Notes under the pieces: model-generated
What the model was told of the DNA's origin: nothing
Database searches by the model: none
Seen by the model: only the letters and a program-made list of their open reading frames with translations
Program-made: the position numbers and the translations under genes
NCBI GenBank assembly: GCA_039917855.1
Contig: JBDSIR010000098.1
Coordinates: forward strand, 13,000 to 76,999
DNA: 64,000 nucleotides
From: Gemmatimonadales bacterium
GTDB lineage: Bacteria > Gemmatimonadota > Gemmatimonadetes > Gemmatimonadales > GWC2-71-9
Direction: 5' to 3'
In this document: positions 19,091-27,492 of the stretch, in pieces
How positions within the stretch are numbered: position 1 is the first letter of the stretch
How the letters are laid out: each line of letters starts with the position of its first letter

Positions 19091-19992
19091 TCGGCCTTGC
19101 GGAAGATGCGGAGCTTGGCGCTCCGCGCCCGGGGGTTGGCCGCCACCTCGGCGGCATCGGGGATGATCGGCTTGCGGGGAATGAGGGTTCCGAGTGGTCT
19201 GCCACGGCAGGTACAGATGGGCTGTTCCGGAGGGCAGATGCACGACCGGGCCCACTCCTGGAACAGCTGTTTCGCCACGCGGTCCTCCCCCGAATGATAA
19301 CCGATCACGGCAAGGCGGCCTCCCGGCCGGAGGGCATCGAAGAACGCCGGAAGGGCCCGCTCGAGCCCTTCGAGTTCGTCGTTCACCGCGATGCGGAGCG
19401 CCTGAAAGAGCCGGGCGAAGTCGCCGGGCCCGCTCCGGGGGCCGAGGACCGAGCGGATGGCGTTGACGAAGTCGTCGCTCACCACGAAGGGAGCATTCCC
19501 CCGTCGGCGCACGATGGCGCGGCCCAAGGGGCGCGCCTTCCGCTCGTCGCCCCAGTAGTGGAATATGTCGGCGAGGGTCTCCTCATCCGCTTCATTCAGG
19601 AGGTCGGCCCCCGAGGGCCCGGCCCGGCCCATGCGCATGTCCAGCGCGGCGCCGGGGCGAAAGGTGAAGCCGCGGGTATCGTCGTCGAGCTGCCGGGACG
19701 ACACGCCGAGATCGAGCAGGATGAAGTCGGGGGCGAACGACTGCACCGCGAGGAGGGCATCCTCGGAGGCGTACGGGGCCTCGAGGGTCCGGAGGCGGGC
19801 GCCCAGACGCGCCCCGGCGATGGCGAGCGCCTCCGGGTCCCGATCGATGCCGAGGACCTCGGCACCGAGGTCAAGGAACATCTCGGCGTGCCCGCCGTGA
19901 CCGAGAGTGGCGTCCACCACGCGCCGCGCGTCCCGGGCCGCATCGCGGATCGGGCCGAGGAGGACGGGGACGTGAGAGGGCGCGGGGATCAT
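19087..19992 (-). CDS. rsmH: 16S rRNA (cytosine1402-N4)-methyltransferase
   Basis: HVPVLL, DATLGHGGHAE and DLGVSSRQLD motifs. Start taken as the ATG at 19992; the track start (TTG at 20046) is only 13 nt from tRNA-Asp. Confidence 0.9.
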   Translation of the reverse strand: MIPAPSHVPVLLGPIRDAARDARRVVDATLGHGGHAEMFLDLGAEVLGIDRDPEALAIAGARLGARLRTLEAPYASEDALLAVQSFAPDFILLDLGVSSRQLDDDTRGFTFRPGAALDMRMGRAGPSGADLLNEADEETLADIFHYWGDERKARPLGRAIVRRRGNAPFVVSDDFVNAIRSVLGPRSGPGDFARLFQALRIAVNDELEGLERALPAFFDALRPGGRLAVIGYHSGEDRVAKQLFQEWARSCICPPEQPICTCRGRPLGTLIPRKPIIPDAAEVAANPRARSAKLRIFRKAE

Positions 19993-20058
19993 CGTGGTTC
20001 CGGGAACGGAGACACCCCGGCGGCCGAGGCCGACGGGGTGTCCCAATTGCGCAGCGAG

Positions 20059-20133
20059 CGGGGCTGACGGGGCTCGAACCCGCGACCTCCGCAGTGACAG
20101 TGCGGCACTCTAACCAAGCTGAGCTACAGCCCC
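20059..20133 (-). tRNA. tRNA-Asp (anticodon GTC)
   Basis: Hand-folded cloverleaf: acceptor GGGGCTG/CAGCCCC, D arm GCTC..GAGT, anticodon stem CCGCA/TGCGG with loop CTGTCAC, T arm GCGGG-TTCGAGC-CCCGT, discriminator G. 75 nt; CCA not encoded. Confidence 0.9.
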
Positions 20134-20198
20134 TTGCACAGGCCGGCGAAGATACATGCACCGGCGTCGATTTGGAAGTCCGGGGAGGGCCCAGAATC

Positions 20199-20303
20199 CG
20201 TCGTTGGTCATTGGTCGTTGGCTGCTCCGGCCCAGGTCCATCCGCTTCCGAGAACGACCAGCGGCCAGCGACCAACGACCAACGACCAACGACCAACGAC
20301 CGC
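20199..20303. repeat. repeat-armed hairpin: (TTGGTCR)x3 arm, ~33-nt loop, (CGRCCAR)x7 arm
   Basis: cgtcgttggtcattggtcgttgg (20199-20221) is complementary to cgaccag cggccag cgaccaa x4 cgaccgc (20255-20303). It fills the gap between the stop of the 580-aa gene (20305) and tRNA-Asp. Confidence 0.9.
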
Positions 20304-20304
20304 C

Positions 20305-22047
20305 TTACCGGCAGTAAGCGCGGATCATGGTCTGCGTCCGCTGCTTGTAGGTGGCGATGGCAACCAGCTGCGGGTCGGCCGCGGTCGGGTTGATCGCCCG
20401 ACCGACGGTGAAGCCATTCCTCGCCTCATCGAGCATCCCGTCCATGCGCCGCGCGATGTCGCAGGACTTCCCCGCTTCGGCCACGGAGTCGTACTTCGAG
20501 GTGGTCTGCAGTCCCGCGTAGCCCATCAGGAAATTCGCGATCGGGGCGATGCGCTGGTCGGTCCCCGCCGCCGGAATAGCGACGTGGAGCAGCGTGTAGG
20601 CCGCCTCGGGGTCGGTCGGCGCGGTGGAGAGCAGGGTGCGCGCCGTGTTGGTGAAGTTGACCGCGATGGCGAGCTTCTGCTGGTCATCGCCCTTGGCCCC
20701 GACGAGGGCGCCGTAGCGCGCCGCATCGGCCCAACGCCTGCCGGCGAGGAGGATCTCGATGGCCGAGAGGGCCGGCGTGACGTCCGTCGAGTCGAGCGCG
20801 AGGACGCGATCGGTGGTCGAGAGCACGCTGTCGGTCATCAGGTTGACCGAGTACGCCTGCAGCAGCTGACCCACCAGGTTCTTGTTGGCGGGGAATCGCT
20901 CGGCCCCGGTCTTGGCCCACTTCAGGAACACCGGGCGCAGGTGCACGCTGTCCTTGCCCACCGCGCTGTCCGCGAAGACCGCGCCGGCGGTCACGGCCAA
21001 CCGGAACAGGAAGTTCGAGTCCGCCCGGGTGCTGTCGATCGCGACGATCTGCTCCAGCGACGACACCGAGCACGTGTACTTCTGCTGGAAGATGCAGGCG
21101 CTCGAGCGAAGATCCCACATCGCGGTGTCGAGCGAGTCGAGTGCGATGCCGCGATCGGCCACCTGTTCGGCGGCATCGGGCCGCCCGAGGCTCCGGAAGA
21201 CGCGCGAAGCCCGTTCGATGAGGGCGCGGTTGGTCGGGGCCGCCTCGATCATCTGCTGGTACTTGAGCACGATGTTCGCCGTGTCGCTCCTGGCGGTGTG
21301 CCAGTCGGCCAGCTCGCCCAGCGCCTTCAGCGCGAGAGAATCTCCCTTGACCGCAAGGTCGAGCTCGGGGCCGTACGCCGGGTCGGCGGCCGAGCGGGCC
21401 CTGGCCAACTGCGCCAGGCAATAATGGGCCAGACCGTTCGCCGGATGGACGCGCACGGCCTTGGTGGCCGACTCGGTCGCCTTGCGTGTGTCGGTGCCGA
21501 CCTGGTCCATGCACGCCTTCGCGTCGGCCTGGGCGCGGACGGCCAGCGTGAAGGCGACGGCGATGGCGTCGCCGAACTGCTGCAGCGTCTGCCCCGCTGC
21601 CTGGCGCACCGTCAAGGTGTTGCCGGGATCCTCCGCCCCGGCGGAAAGCCGGGTCCTGGCCCGCAACCGCCCTCCCTCACGCCCGAGTTCGGTGAACAGC
21701 ATCGTCCGCGCCTGCATCGCGGTGGTCAGGCGGTACGCGCTCTCGCGAGTGAGGATGGCGTCGGCCGGATAGGAGAACTCGGCCAGCGCGCGATTCATCT
21801 GATCGCGCGGGATGACAAAATACGCCGTCCCGACCACCCGCTCGAAGCGGGCCCGGAGCGCCGCCCCGACCGCTACCGCGCTGGCCGAATCCGCCGCGCG
21901 GTCGGTATAGGGCGTGGCCACGAGAAGCCGGGGCGCCGTCGAGGCCCCGCTCGACCGGCCGCGGTTGATCGGGATCTGGGCAGCGAGAGAGCCAACGCTC
22001 ACGCCGATGAGCGCGAGCATCGGGACGGTCCTGCGCAGCAGCGACAT
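20305..22047 (-). CDS. secreted helical-repeat (TPR-like) protein, unknown function
   Basis: 580-aa ORF with signal-peptide-like N-terminus MSLLRRTVPMLALIGVSVGSLAAQ. Ala/Leu-rich helical composition. No family recognised. Confidence 0.6.
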   Translation of the reverse strand: MSLLRRTVPMLALIGVSVGSLAAQIPINRGRSSGASTAPRLLVATPYTDRAADSASAVAVGAALRARFERVVGTAYFVIPRDQMNRALAEFSYPADAILTRESAYRLTTAMQARTMLFTELGREGGRLRARTRLSAGAEDPGNTLTVRQAAGQTLQQFGDAIAVAFTLAVRAQADAKACMDQVGTDTRKATESATKAVRVHPANGLAHYCLAQLARARSAADPAYGPELDLAVKGDSLALKALGELADWHTARSDTANIVLKYQQMIEAAPTNRALIERASRVFRSLGRPDAAEQVADRGIALDSLDTAMWDLRSSACIFQQKYTCSVSSLEQIVAIDSTRADSNFLFRLAVTAGAVFADSAVGKDSVHLRPVFLKWAKTGAERFPANKNLVGQLLQAYSVNLMTDSVLSTTDRVLALDSTDVTPALSAIEILLAGRRWADAARYGALVGAKGDDQQKLAIAVNFTNTARTLLSTAPTDPEAAYTLLHVAIPAAGTDQRIAPIANFLMGYAGLQTTSKYDSVAEAGKSCDIARRMDGMLDEARNGFTVGRAINPTAADPQLVAIATYKQRTQTMIRAYCR

Positions 22048-22118
22048 CGCTATCTACCTCCGAAGTGGTTCGGGCCCAGGGGACTCGGGCCTCGCCGCGC
22101 GTTGGGGGACGCGGGCAC

Positions 22119-22193
22119 TGGGCGAAGAGGGATTCGAACCCCCGACATCCTGCGTGTAAGGCAGGCGCTCTGGACCAGCTGAGCTATTCGCCC
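22119..22193 (-). tRNA. tRNA-Val (anticodon TAC)
   Basis: Hand-folded cloverleaf: acceptor GGGCGAA/TTCGCCC, D arm GCTC..GAGC, anticodon stem CCTGC/GCAGG with loop CTTACAC, T arm GGGGG-TTCGAAT-CCCTC, discriminator A. 75 nt. Confidence 0.9.
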
Positions 22194-22200
22194 GGAAGAT

Positions 22201-22389
22201 CTAGAGGGCCAGACCGACGGGCACCAGCACGCAATATCCAAGGACCAGCAGGATGGAAGCGGGAGTGGTGCTGCCGGACTGAAGAAGCAAGTACCCTGCC
22301 ACGAGGCTCAGGCCCCCCAAGGCGAGGATAACAAGGTTTTTGCGACCGAGGGGGAACCCGCCCCGGCCGGAAGTGGTGGAAGTGGCCAT
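22201..22389 (-). CDS. small two-TM membrane protein (DUF3098-like)
   Basis: 62 aa: a short basic N-terminus, then VILALGGLSLVAGYLLL and ILLVLGYCVLVPVGLAL hydrophobic helices. 11 nt downstream of the preceding gene and 7 nt upstream of tRNA-Val. Confidence 0.45.
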   Translation of the reverse strand: MATSTTSGRGGFPLGRKNLVILALGGLSLVAGYLLLQSGSTTPASILLVLGYCVLVPVGLAL

Positions 22390-22400
22390 AGAATTGAAGG

Positions 22401-23336
22401 TTACAACCGCTGCCCCCCTGGGTCAATCGGCGGCGGCGGAGCCTCGTCGCCATCTGCGACCACCGTCTCCTCCGGGGGGAGGACCCACCCGGTATCGAGC
22501 GCCGCTCGGCGCGGCCGTTCCCGCCGGCGACGGAGACTCCACGCCAGTACGACGGCCAACGCCATGACCAGCCACCACCCGCCGGCGACGAACCAGAGCG
22601 CCCCACGGAACCGGCGTTTGGTCTCCTGCTGCCATTCCGATTCGAACCGGGAGAGGTCCCGCCCGGTCACCGTCTGCACGACCGAGCCGAACTCCTCACC
22701 TGCCGCCAGGCGCTCCAGCAGCGGCGCCAGGTCGCCGCCGGGGATCCGCGCGGCGAGCGCCGTCACCGCCGTGGCGGCCAGTCCGTATGCCCGGTCGACC
22801 ACCGGACCCGCGGCGCGGAGCTGGCCGTCGAGATCGCCCAACGATGGGATTCCGGTAAAGACGATGCTCAGATGAAGTTGGAGCGAGGCGAGGCGGTCCC
22901 ACTCCCCAGCGGCGAGGGCGGCGTACCCTTCGTCGAACCAGAGCGGCAACCGGCTCCTCACCCCGCCCCGGAGCACGAGATGCGCGAGCTCATGCCGGAG
23001 GGTACGCGGGAGATCCGGGAGATCGGCGCGGAGGATGATCGTTCGGCTCTGCGGAAAGGCCACGGCGGCCCCCCACCCCGGCGCCCGCCCCTGTGTAAGG
23101 ATCGCCATCTCACCCGAGTCGGCAACGACCACGAGCTGGAAGGGACCGGGCCCCCGTCGGCCGAAGCCGGGCCAGTTGGTGGGACGCTCGGCGAGCTCGG
23201 CGAGCGCGATGGCGGCGTCGATCCGGCCGGGCGTGGCGACGGCGCGCACCTCACCTACCTGCACCACCCGAAATGAATCGGCCGGGGCCGCCTGTTGTGC
23301 GGTCCCGGCCCACATCAGCAGCACCCAGCCGATCAC
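22401..23336 (-). CDS. putative zinc metallopeptidase (HExxH, MA clan-like) with C-terminal TM
   Basis: LRHELAHLVL HExxH motif. C-terminal hydrophobic helix WFVAGGWWLVMALAVVLAW. ATGA overlap with the upstream TPR gene. Confidence 0.55.
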   Translation of the reverse strand: MIGWVLLMWAGTAQQAAPADSFRVVQVGEVRAVATPGRIDAAIALAELAERPTNWPGFGRRGPGPFQLVVVADSGEMAILTQGRAPGWGAAVAFPQSRTIILRADLPDLPRTLRHELAHLVLRGGVRSRLPLWFDEGYAALAAGEWDRLASLQLHLSIVFTGIPSLGDLDGQLRAAGPVVDRAYGLAATAVTALAARIPGGDLAPLLERLAAGEEFGSVVQTVTGRDLSRFESEWQQETKRRFRGALWFVAGGWWLVMALAVVLAWSLRRRRERPRRAALDTGWVLPPEETVVADGDEAPPPPIDPGGQRL

Positions 23337-24211
23337 GCCTGGGTGGCGTGCCGCGGGGGCTCCTCGCCCTTCGCCACGAGTTCGAGCATCTCCTTACAGC
23401 GCTTCCCCCAGGGATTGAACTTGTTCGCCTTGTGCCCGTCGCTCCACGCCTGTTTGGCGCCGTCGGGGTCGCCCGAGAACCAGCGCGCGCGGCCGAGCTC
23501 ATACCAGGCCTCGATGAGGTTGGGGCCGAACTGGAGGGTCTTTTCGAAGAACACCTGGGCGTCCTCGAACATCTCGCGCTCGAGATAGACCAGGCCGAGG
23601 TAATAGTGTGCGTACAGGGTGGCCTTGCGGTCGTTGTCGAGCCGGATGGCCTTGGAGAGGTGCTCGATCGCCTCGCCGAATATCCGCTTCTTGAGGCAGA
23701 TGTAGCCCACGTTGATGCGGGCCAGCGAGTTGGCCGGCTCCTTCATCAGCACCTTGGAGAAGGTCGCGAGCGCGTCGTCGTAATCCTCGTGGAGCATCTG
23801 GGCCCAGCCGAGGAGCGACTGCGCCTGGATCTCGTTGGGCGAGAGAGTGAGCGCCTTTTCGAGCGCCTGGATCGCGCCGGAGTAATCACCGAGCGAGATG
23901 AGGCTCCACCCCTTCTCGATGAAAGTGCTGGCGCCGATGTGGTCGGTCTGGACAACCGGGCGCTGGCCGGTGAACATCGGCGCCGGGGCGGTGGCGGTGT
24001 CAGGCGCCTGCTGCTTGTACTTGTCCACCAGCTGGCGGATGTCCTCCTTCAGCTGGCCCAGTTCGGTGAGGGTCCCGTCCACCTGCTTGAACAGGGCGAT
24101 GATCTCGCGCTTCACGATCTCGCGCTCGGCGAACGCCTGCGCGGCGTCCAGCTTGGCGCTGATCTCCTTGTACTGCTGGCGCAGCGAGGTGACGAGTGAT
24201 TCAGCGCTCAT
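23333..24211 (-). CDS. TPR repeat protein with N-terminal coiled coil
   Basis: TPR repeats (e.g. AIQALEKALTLSPNEIQAQSLLGWAQMLHEDYDDALATFSKVL). Start reset to the ATG at 24211 (MSAESLVTSLRQQYKEI). Confidence 0.7.
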   Translation of the reverse strand: MSAESLVTSLRQQYKEISAKLDAAQAFAEREIVKREIIALFKQVDGTLTELGQLKEDIRQLVDKYKQQAPDTATAPAPMFTGQRPVVQTDHIGASTFIEKGWSLISLGDYSGAIQALEKALTLSPNEIQAQSLLGWAQMLHEDYDDALATFSKVLMKEPANSLARINVGYICLKKRIFGEAIEHLSKAIRLDNDRKATLYAHYYLGLVYLEREMFEDAQVFFEKTLQFGPNLIEAWYELGRARWFSGDPDGAKQAWSDGHKANKFNPWGKRCKEMLELVAKGEEPPRHATQA

Positions 24212-24218
24212 AAATGGA

Positions 24219-24689
24219 TCAGGCCGCACCCACGGACTTGAGGGCCAGCCGCTCCTTGGACGACAGCAGCCGCCCGGCATTGAGGATCACGACGGTGCGA
24301 CTGCCCTCGCGCACGAGAAGGCCGCTGATGTATTCGGCCGCGAGGCCGCGCACCAGCGGCGGCGGGGCGGTGATGGCGCCGCCGTCGATCCGGGCCACGT
24401 CCAGCACCTGGTCGACCACGATGCCGATGCGCTGACCATCGACGTCGATGACCATCATCCGGGTCTCTTCCCCGAGCTCGGCGCCCAGCGACAAGCGCTT
24501 GCGCAGGTCGATCACCGGGACCGCCACCCCCTCGAAGGTCACGACGCCTTCGAGGTAGTCCGGAGACTTGGGAAGGGCGGCGGGCCGCTCGTAACGGAGG
24601 ATGCGCTCGACCTGGAAGACGTTCAGGCCGAACTCCTGGCTCCCCACCCGGAAGCACACGATCTGGATCTCGTCGCCGGTGGTCGTCAC
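24219..24689 (-). CDS. cheW: chemotaxis coupling protein CheW
   Basis: QIVCFRVGSQEFGLNVFQVERIL...VTFEGVAVPVIDLRKRL...IGIVVDQVLDV, a typical CheW fold sequence. GTG start overlaps the upstream stop (GTGA). Confidence 0.85.
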   Translation of the reverse strand: MTTTGDEIQIVCFRVGSQEFGLNVFQVERILRYERPAALPKSPDYLEGVVTFEGVAVPVIDLRKRLSLGAELGEETRMMVIDVDGQRIGIVVDQVLDVARIDGGAITAPPPLVRGLAAEYISGLLVREGSRTVVILNAGRLLSSKERLALKSVGAA

Positions 24690-25111
24690 GTGGAGGCTCC
24701 CGCGCCGGCGAGTCGCTCGCCGAGGGCCTTGAGGTCGAGGATAGGGATGGTCCGGTCCTGCTGCCGCGCGAGTGCCGCGGCATAGGGGAGGCCCGGCAGA
24801 CCCGCCGCCGGAAAGACCTCCCCGCGCTGTACCACGAACGCATCGTCCACTTCGAGACAGATGGGGCGTCCGCCGGCCCGCACCAGGACGGTCGCGGTGC
24901 CGCGTTCGGCCGGAGCGGCGTGCCCGGCGAGGAAGGCGCCCAGGTGGAGAAGCGGCACCAAGCGACCCCGGGATTCGGTCACGCCTCGCATCGCGACGAG
25001 GAGGCTCGGGGCCGGGAGCACCGGACCGGGTTCGCCCACTTCCAGGACGTCGGCCGCGGGCAGTCCGAACCGGCGACCGTCGGCCTCGACCTCGAGCCAG
25101 GTGGCATTCAT
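24686..25111 (-). CDS. divergent CheW-like protein
   Basis: [21 protein letters not shown]...[21 protein letters not shown]...[11 protein letters not shown] resembles CheW but is shorter and degenerate. Confidence 0.6.
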   Translation of the reverse strand: MNATWLEVEADGRRFGLPAADVLEVGEPGPVLPAPSLLVAMRGVTESRGRLVPLLHLGAFLAGHAAPAERGTATVLVRAGGRPICLEVDDAFVVQRGEVFPAAGLPGLPYAAALARQQDRTIPILDLKALGERLAGAGAST

Positions 25112-26229
25112 GCGCGTCGCATCCGATCCAGTTCCTGGCGCACCCGGGCCGGGATGGCGGCCAACGCCATCACGTGATCCGCGCCCCCCGCCTCGAGCGC
25201 GGCCTTCGGCATGCCGTAGATCGTGGCGCTCTCCTTGTCCTGCGCGATGCCGATCCCGCCGGCGTCGTGGAGCGCGCGAAGCCCGACCGCGCCATCGCGC
25301 CCCAGTCCGGTCAGCACTACTCCCACCGCGCGCCTCCCGAACACTTCGGCGACCGACTTGAAGAGCGGATCGGCCGCCGGGCGGACGCCGTGCTCGGTGG
25401 GTCCCTGGTCGAGCACGAGGTAGAGCCCATCGTCGGCGGCGGTGACCCGCATATGATAATCGCCCGGCGCGATGTACGCGGTATCCTGCAGCACCGGCGT
25501 GTGGTCCTCGGCCTCGACGACCCGGTAATGGCTCTGTCCCGCGAGCCGCTCGGCGAGGGAGCGGGTGAACTTGGGCGGCATGTGCTGGACGATCAGGGCG
25601 GCCGCTCCCTGCCCTCGCTCGAGTTGGGGGACCAGATCGGCAAGGGCGCGGGGACCACCGGTCGACGCGGCGATCGCCACGCAGCGCTGGGCCCGGCCCG
25701 GCAGGGCAAAGACATCGTCGGAACTGGGACGCACCACCCGCCGCGGGCGGGCCAGCGGGCTCACGCGGAAGATATCGGCCGCGCGCGCGGCCCGGAGCGC
25801 ATTGAGGAGCCTGGGCTTGAGCACTTCGGCGATCTGCCCGGGGTCGCTGGTGGAGTCGAGCTCCTTGGGCACCAGTTCGACGGCGCCGAGTTCGAGGGCG
25901 CGAATGGCGGCGGCCGTGCCGGCGCCGGCATACGCGCTCACCACGACCACCGGACGCGGCATCTCGGACATGATGTATCCGATGGCGCCGAGCCCGTCGA
26001 GCTCCGGCATCTCGAGGTCCATCGTGACGAGGTCGGGGACCAGCTTGTGGATCTTGCGGAGCGCGTCCTGACCATCGCGTGCCACGCCGACGACCTGGAA
26101 CTCGCCGGACGCATCGATGATCTCACTCAGCACCCGGCGGAACAGGGCGCTGTCGTCGACCACGAGGACGGTGGGGCGTTCAGAGGGGTTGTTCACCGGT
26201 CGCCAGGGTGCGGATCCAGAGCGCGCCAT
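25108..26229 (-). CDS. cheB: chemotaxis response regulator protein-glutamate methylesterase CheB
   Basis: Receiver domain [28 protein letters not shown], then methylesterase [11 protein letters not shown] and TIYGMPKAA. Start is uncertain: ATG at 26229 or GTG at 26196. Both overlap the cheD 3' end. Confidence 0.9.
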   Translation of the reverse strand: MARSGSAPWRPVNNPSERPTVLVVDDSALFRRVLSEIIDASGEFQVVGVARDGQDALRKIHKLVPDLVTMDLEMPELDGLGAIGYIMSEMPRPVVVVSAYAGAGTAAAIRALELGAVELVPKELDSTSDPGQIAEVLKPRLLNALRAARAADIFRVSPLARPRRVVRPSSDDVFALPGRAQRCVAIAASTGGPRALADLVPQLERGQGAAALIVQHMPPKFTRSLAERLAGQSHYRVVEAEDHTPVLQDTAYIAPGDYHMRVTAADDGLYLVLDQGPTEHGVRPAADPLFKSVAEVFGRRAVGVVLTGLGRDGAVGLRALHDAGGIGIAQDKESATIYGMPKAALEAGGADHVMALAAIPARVRQELDRMRRA

Positions 26230-26668
26230 CGGTCGCCTGCAGGCGGATGGAGCGCCCCACCGTGCCCCCCGTGGCCTCCGCGGTGATCGCCACGCCATGC
26301 TCGTGCAGCACCTGGCGCGAGGCCACCACATTCCGTTCCCCCATCTGGACCGCCCCCGACGGGGTCAGATTGCCGAACATCGAGGCCCCCCCGACCAATC
26401 GCGCGGTGACCCGCGTCCGTTCGGCGCCGAGGGCCTGCATCCGCTCGAGCAGGAGCGGGACGGCCGACTGGGGGAACTTCGCGGGGTTCTCGGCCGAACG
26501 GCTGAGGCTCCGGTTGGGGAGCAGAACATGCGCCATGCCGGCCACTTTGGCCACGGGATCGTGCAGGCAGATGGCCACGCAGCTCCCGAGACCGAGGGTG
26601 ACCATCTCACCATCGCCGGCGGCGGTGTTGAGGTCGGCGACCTTCACCACGATGGTGCCGGGCTTCAC
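26180..26668 (-). CDS. cheD: chemoreceptor glutamine deamidase CheD
   Basis: [29 protein letters not shown], the CheD catalytic Cys region. 162 aa. Confidence 0.85.
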   Translation of the reverse strand: MKPGTIVVKVADLNTAAGDGEMVTLGLGSCVAICLHDPVAKVAGMAHVLLPNRSLSRSAENPAKFPQSAVPLLLERMQALGAERTRVTARLVGGASMFGNLTPSGAVQMGERNVVASRQVLHEHGVAITAEATGGTVGRSIRLQATDGALWIRTLATGEQPL

Positions 26669-27492
26669 GAAGCCCTCCGGAAGATCCGTTCGCGCACGTC
26701 GACCAGCTCCAGCCGCTCGCGGGCGGCGCCGAACAGGGTCTCGACCTTGCCGAGCAGGAGGTACCCCCCGGGAGCGAGCGCCTTGGCGAAGGCATCAAAG
26801 ATCCGGTCCTGACCATCGCGGTCGAAATAGATCACCACGTTGCGGCACACGACCAGGTCGAAGGGAGGGTTCGGCGCCGGCTCGCGCAGGAGATCCTGGC
26901 GCCGCACATCGATCATCCGCTGGAGGGTGGGCACCACCTGTCGGTCATCGATGCCGAGGGGGCGGAAGTACTTCGCGGTGAGCTCCGGCGGCATCTCGAT
27001 GAAGGCGGACGAGGGGTACCGGCCGGCGCGGGCGCGGGCCATCACGACCTCGTCGATGTCGGTGGCCACGATCCGCGACCGGGTGGCCCAGAGGTGCTTC
27101 CCCATCCGCTCCGACTCCTCCGCCAGGCACATCGCGAGGGTGTAGGGCTCCTCACCCGAGGAACAGCCGGCGCTCCAGACCCGGACCGCGCCCTCCCGCT
27201 GGGCGAGGAGGCCCGGGAGCACCAGCGTCCGGAGGCGTTCCCAGGTCTCCGGATTGCGATAGAGGCGGGTGACATTGATCGTCAGCGCATCCTTGAGCTT
27301 TTCGAGTTCGCCGGGATCGGAGCGGAGGAGCTCGCTGTAGGCCCCATAGCTCTCGGTGCCTCGGGCCCGCATACGCACCGCGATGCGGCGGCGCAGGACC
27401 TTCTCCTTGTAGTCGGCCAGGGCGAGCCCCGCCGCGCGGGTGATCTCACCCGTGAGCCGGGCGAAGCCCTCGGGATCGCCGGTGAGCATCAC
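26665..27492 (-). CDS. cheR: chemotaxis protein methyltransferase CheR
   Basis: N-terminal CheR helical domain (LADYKEKVLRRRIAVRM), SAM domain VWSAGCSSGEEPYTLAM and DLVVCRNVVIYFD. Confidence 0.9.
   Translation of the reverse strand: MMLTGDPEGFARLTGEITRAAGLALADYKEKVLRRRIAVRMRARGTESYGAYSELLRSDPGELEKLKDALTINVTRLYRNPETWERLRTLVLPGLLAQREGAVRVWSAGCSSGEEPYTLAMCLAEESERMGKHLWATRSRIVATDIDEVVMARARAGRYPSSAFIEMPPELTAKYFRPLGIDDRQVVPTLQRMIDVRRQDLLREPAPNPPFDLVVCRNVVIYFDRDGQDRIFDAFAKALAPGGYLLLGKVETLFGAARERLELVDVRERIFRRAS

Noticed and set aside
20059-22193. Could the tRNA-flanked segment be an integrated genomic island or prophage remnant?
   Set aside because: There is no integrase or recombinase, no duplicated tRNA 3' end (att-like direct repeat), only one cargo gene, and no obvious compositional shift by eye.
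22050-22331. ORFs overlapping tRNA-Val (22050-22241 minus, 22065-22331 plus), and ORF 20094-20393 overlapping tRNA-Asp.
   Set aside because: They run through well-folded tRNA genes and repeat arrays, so they are spurious.
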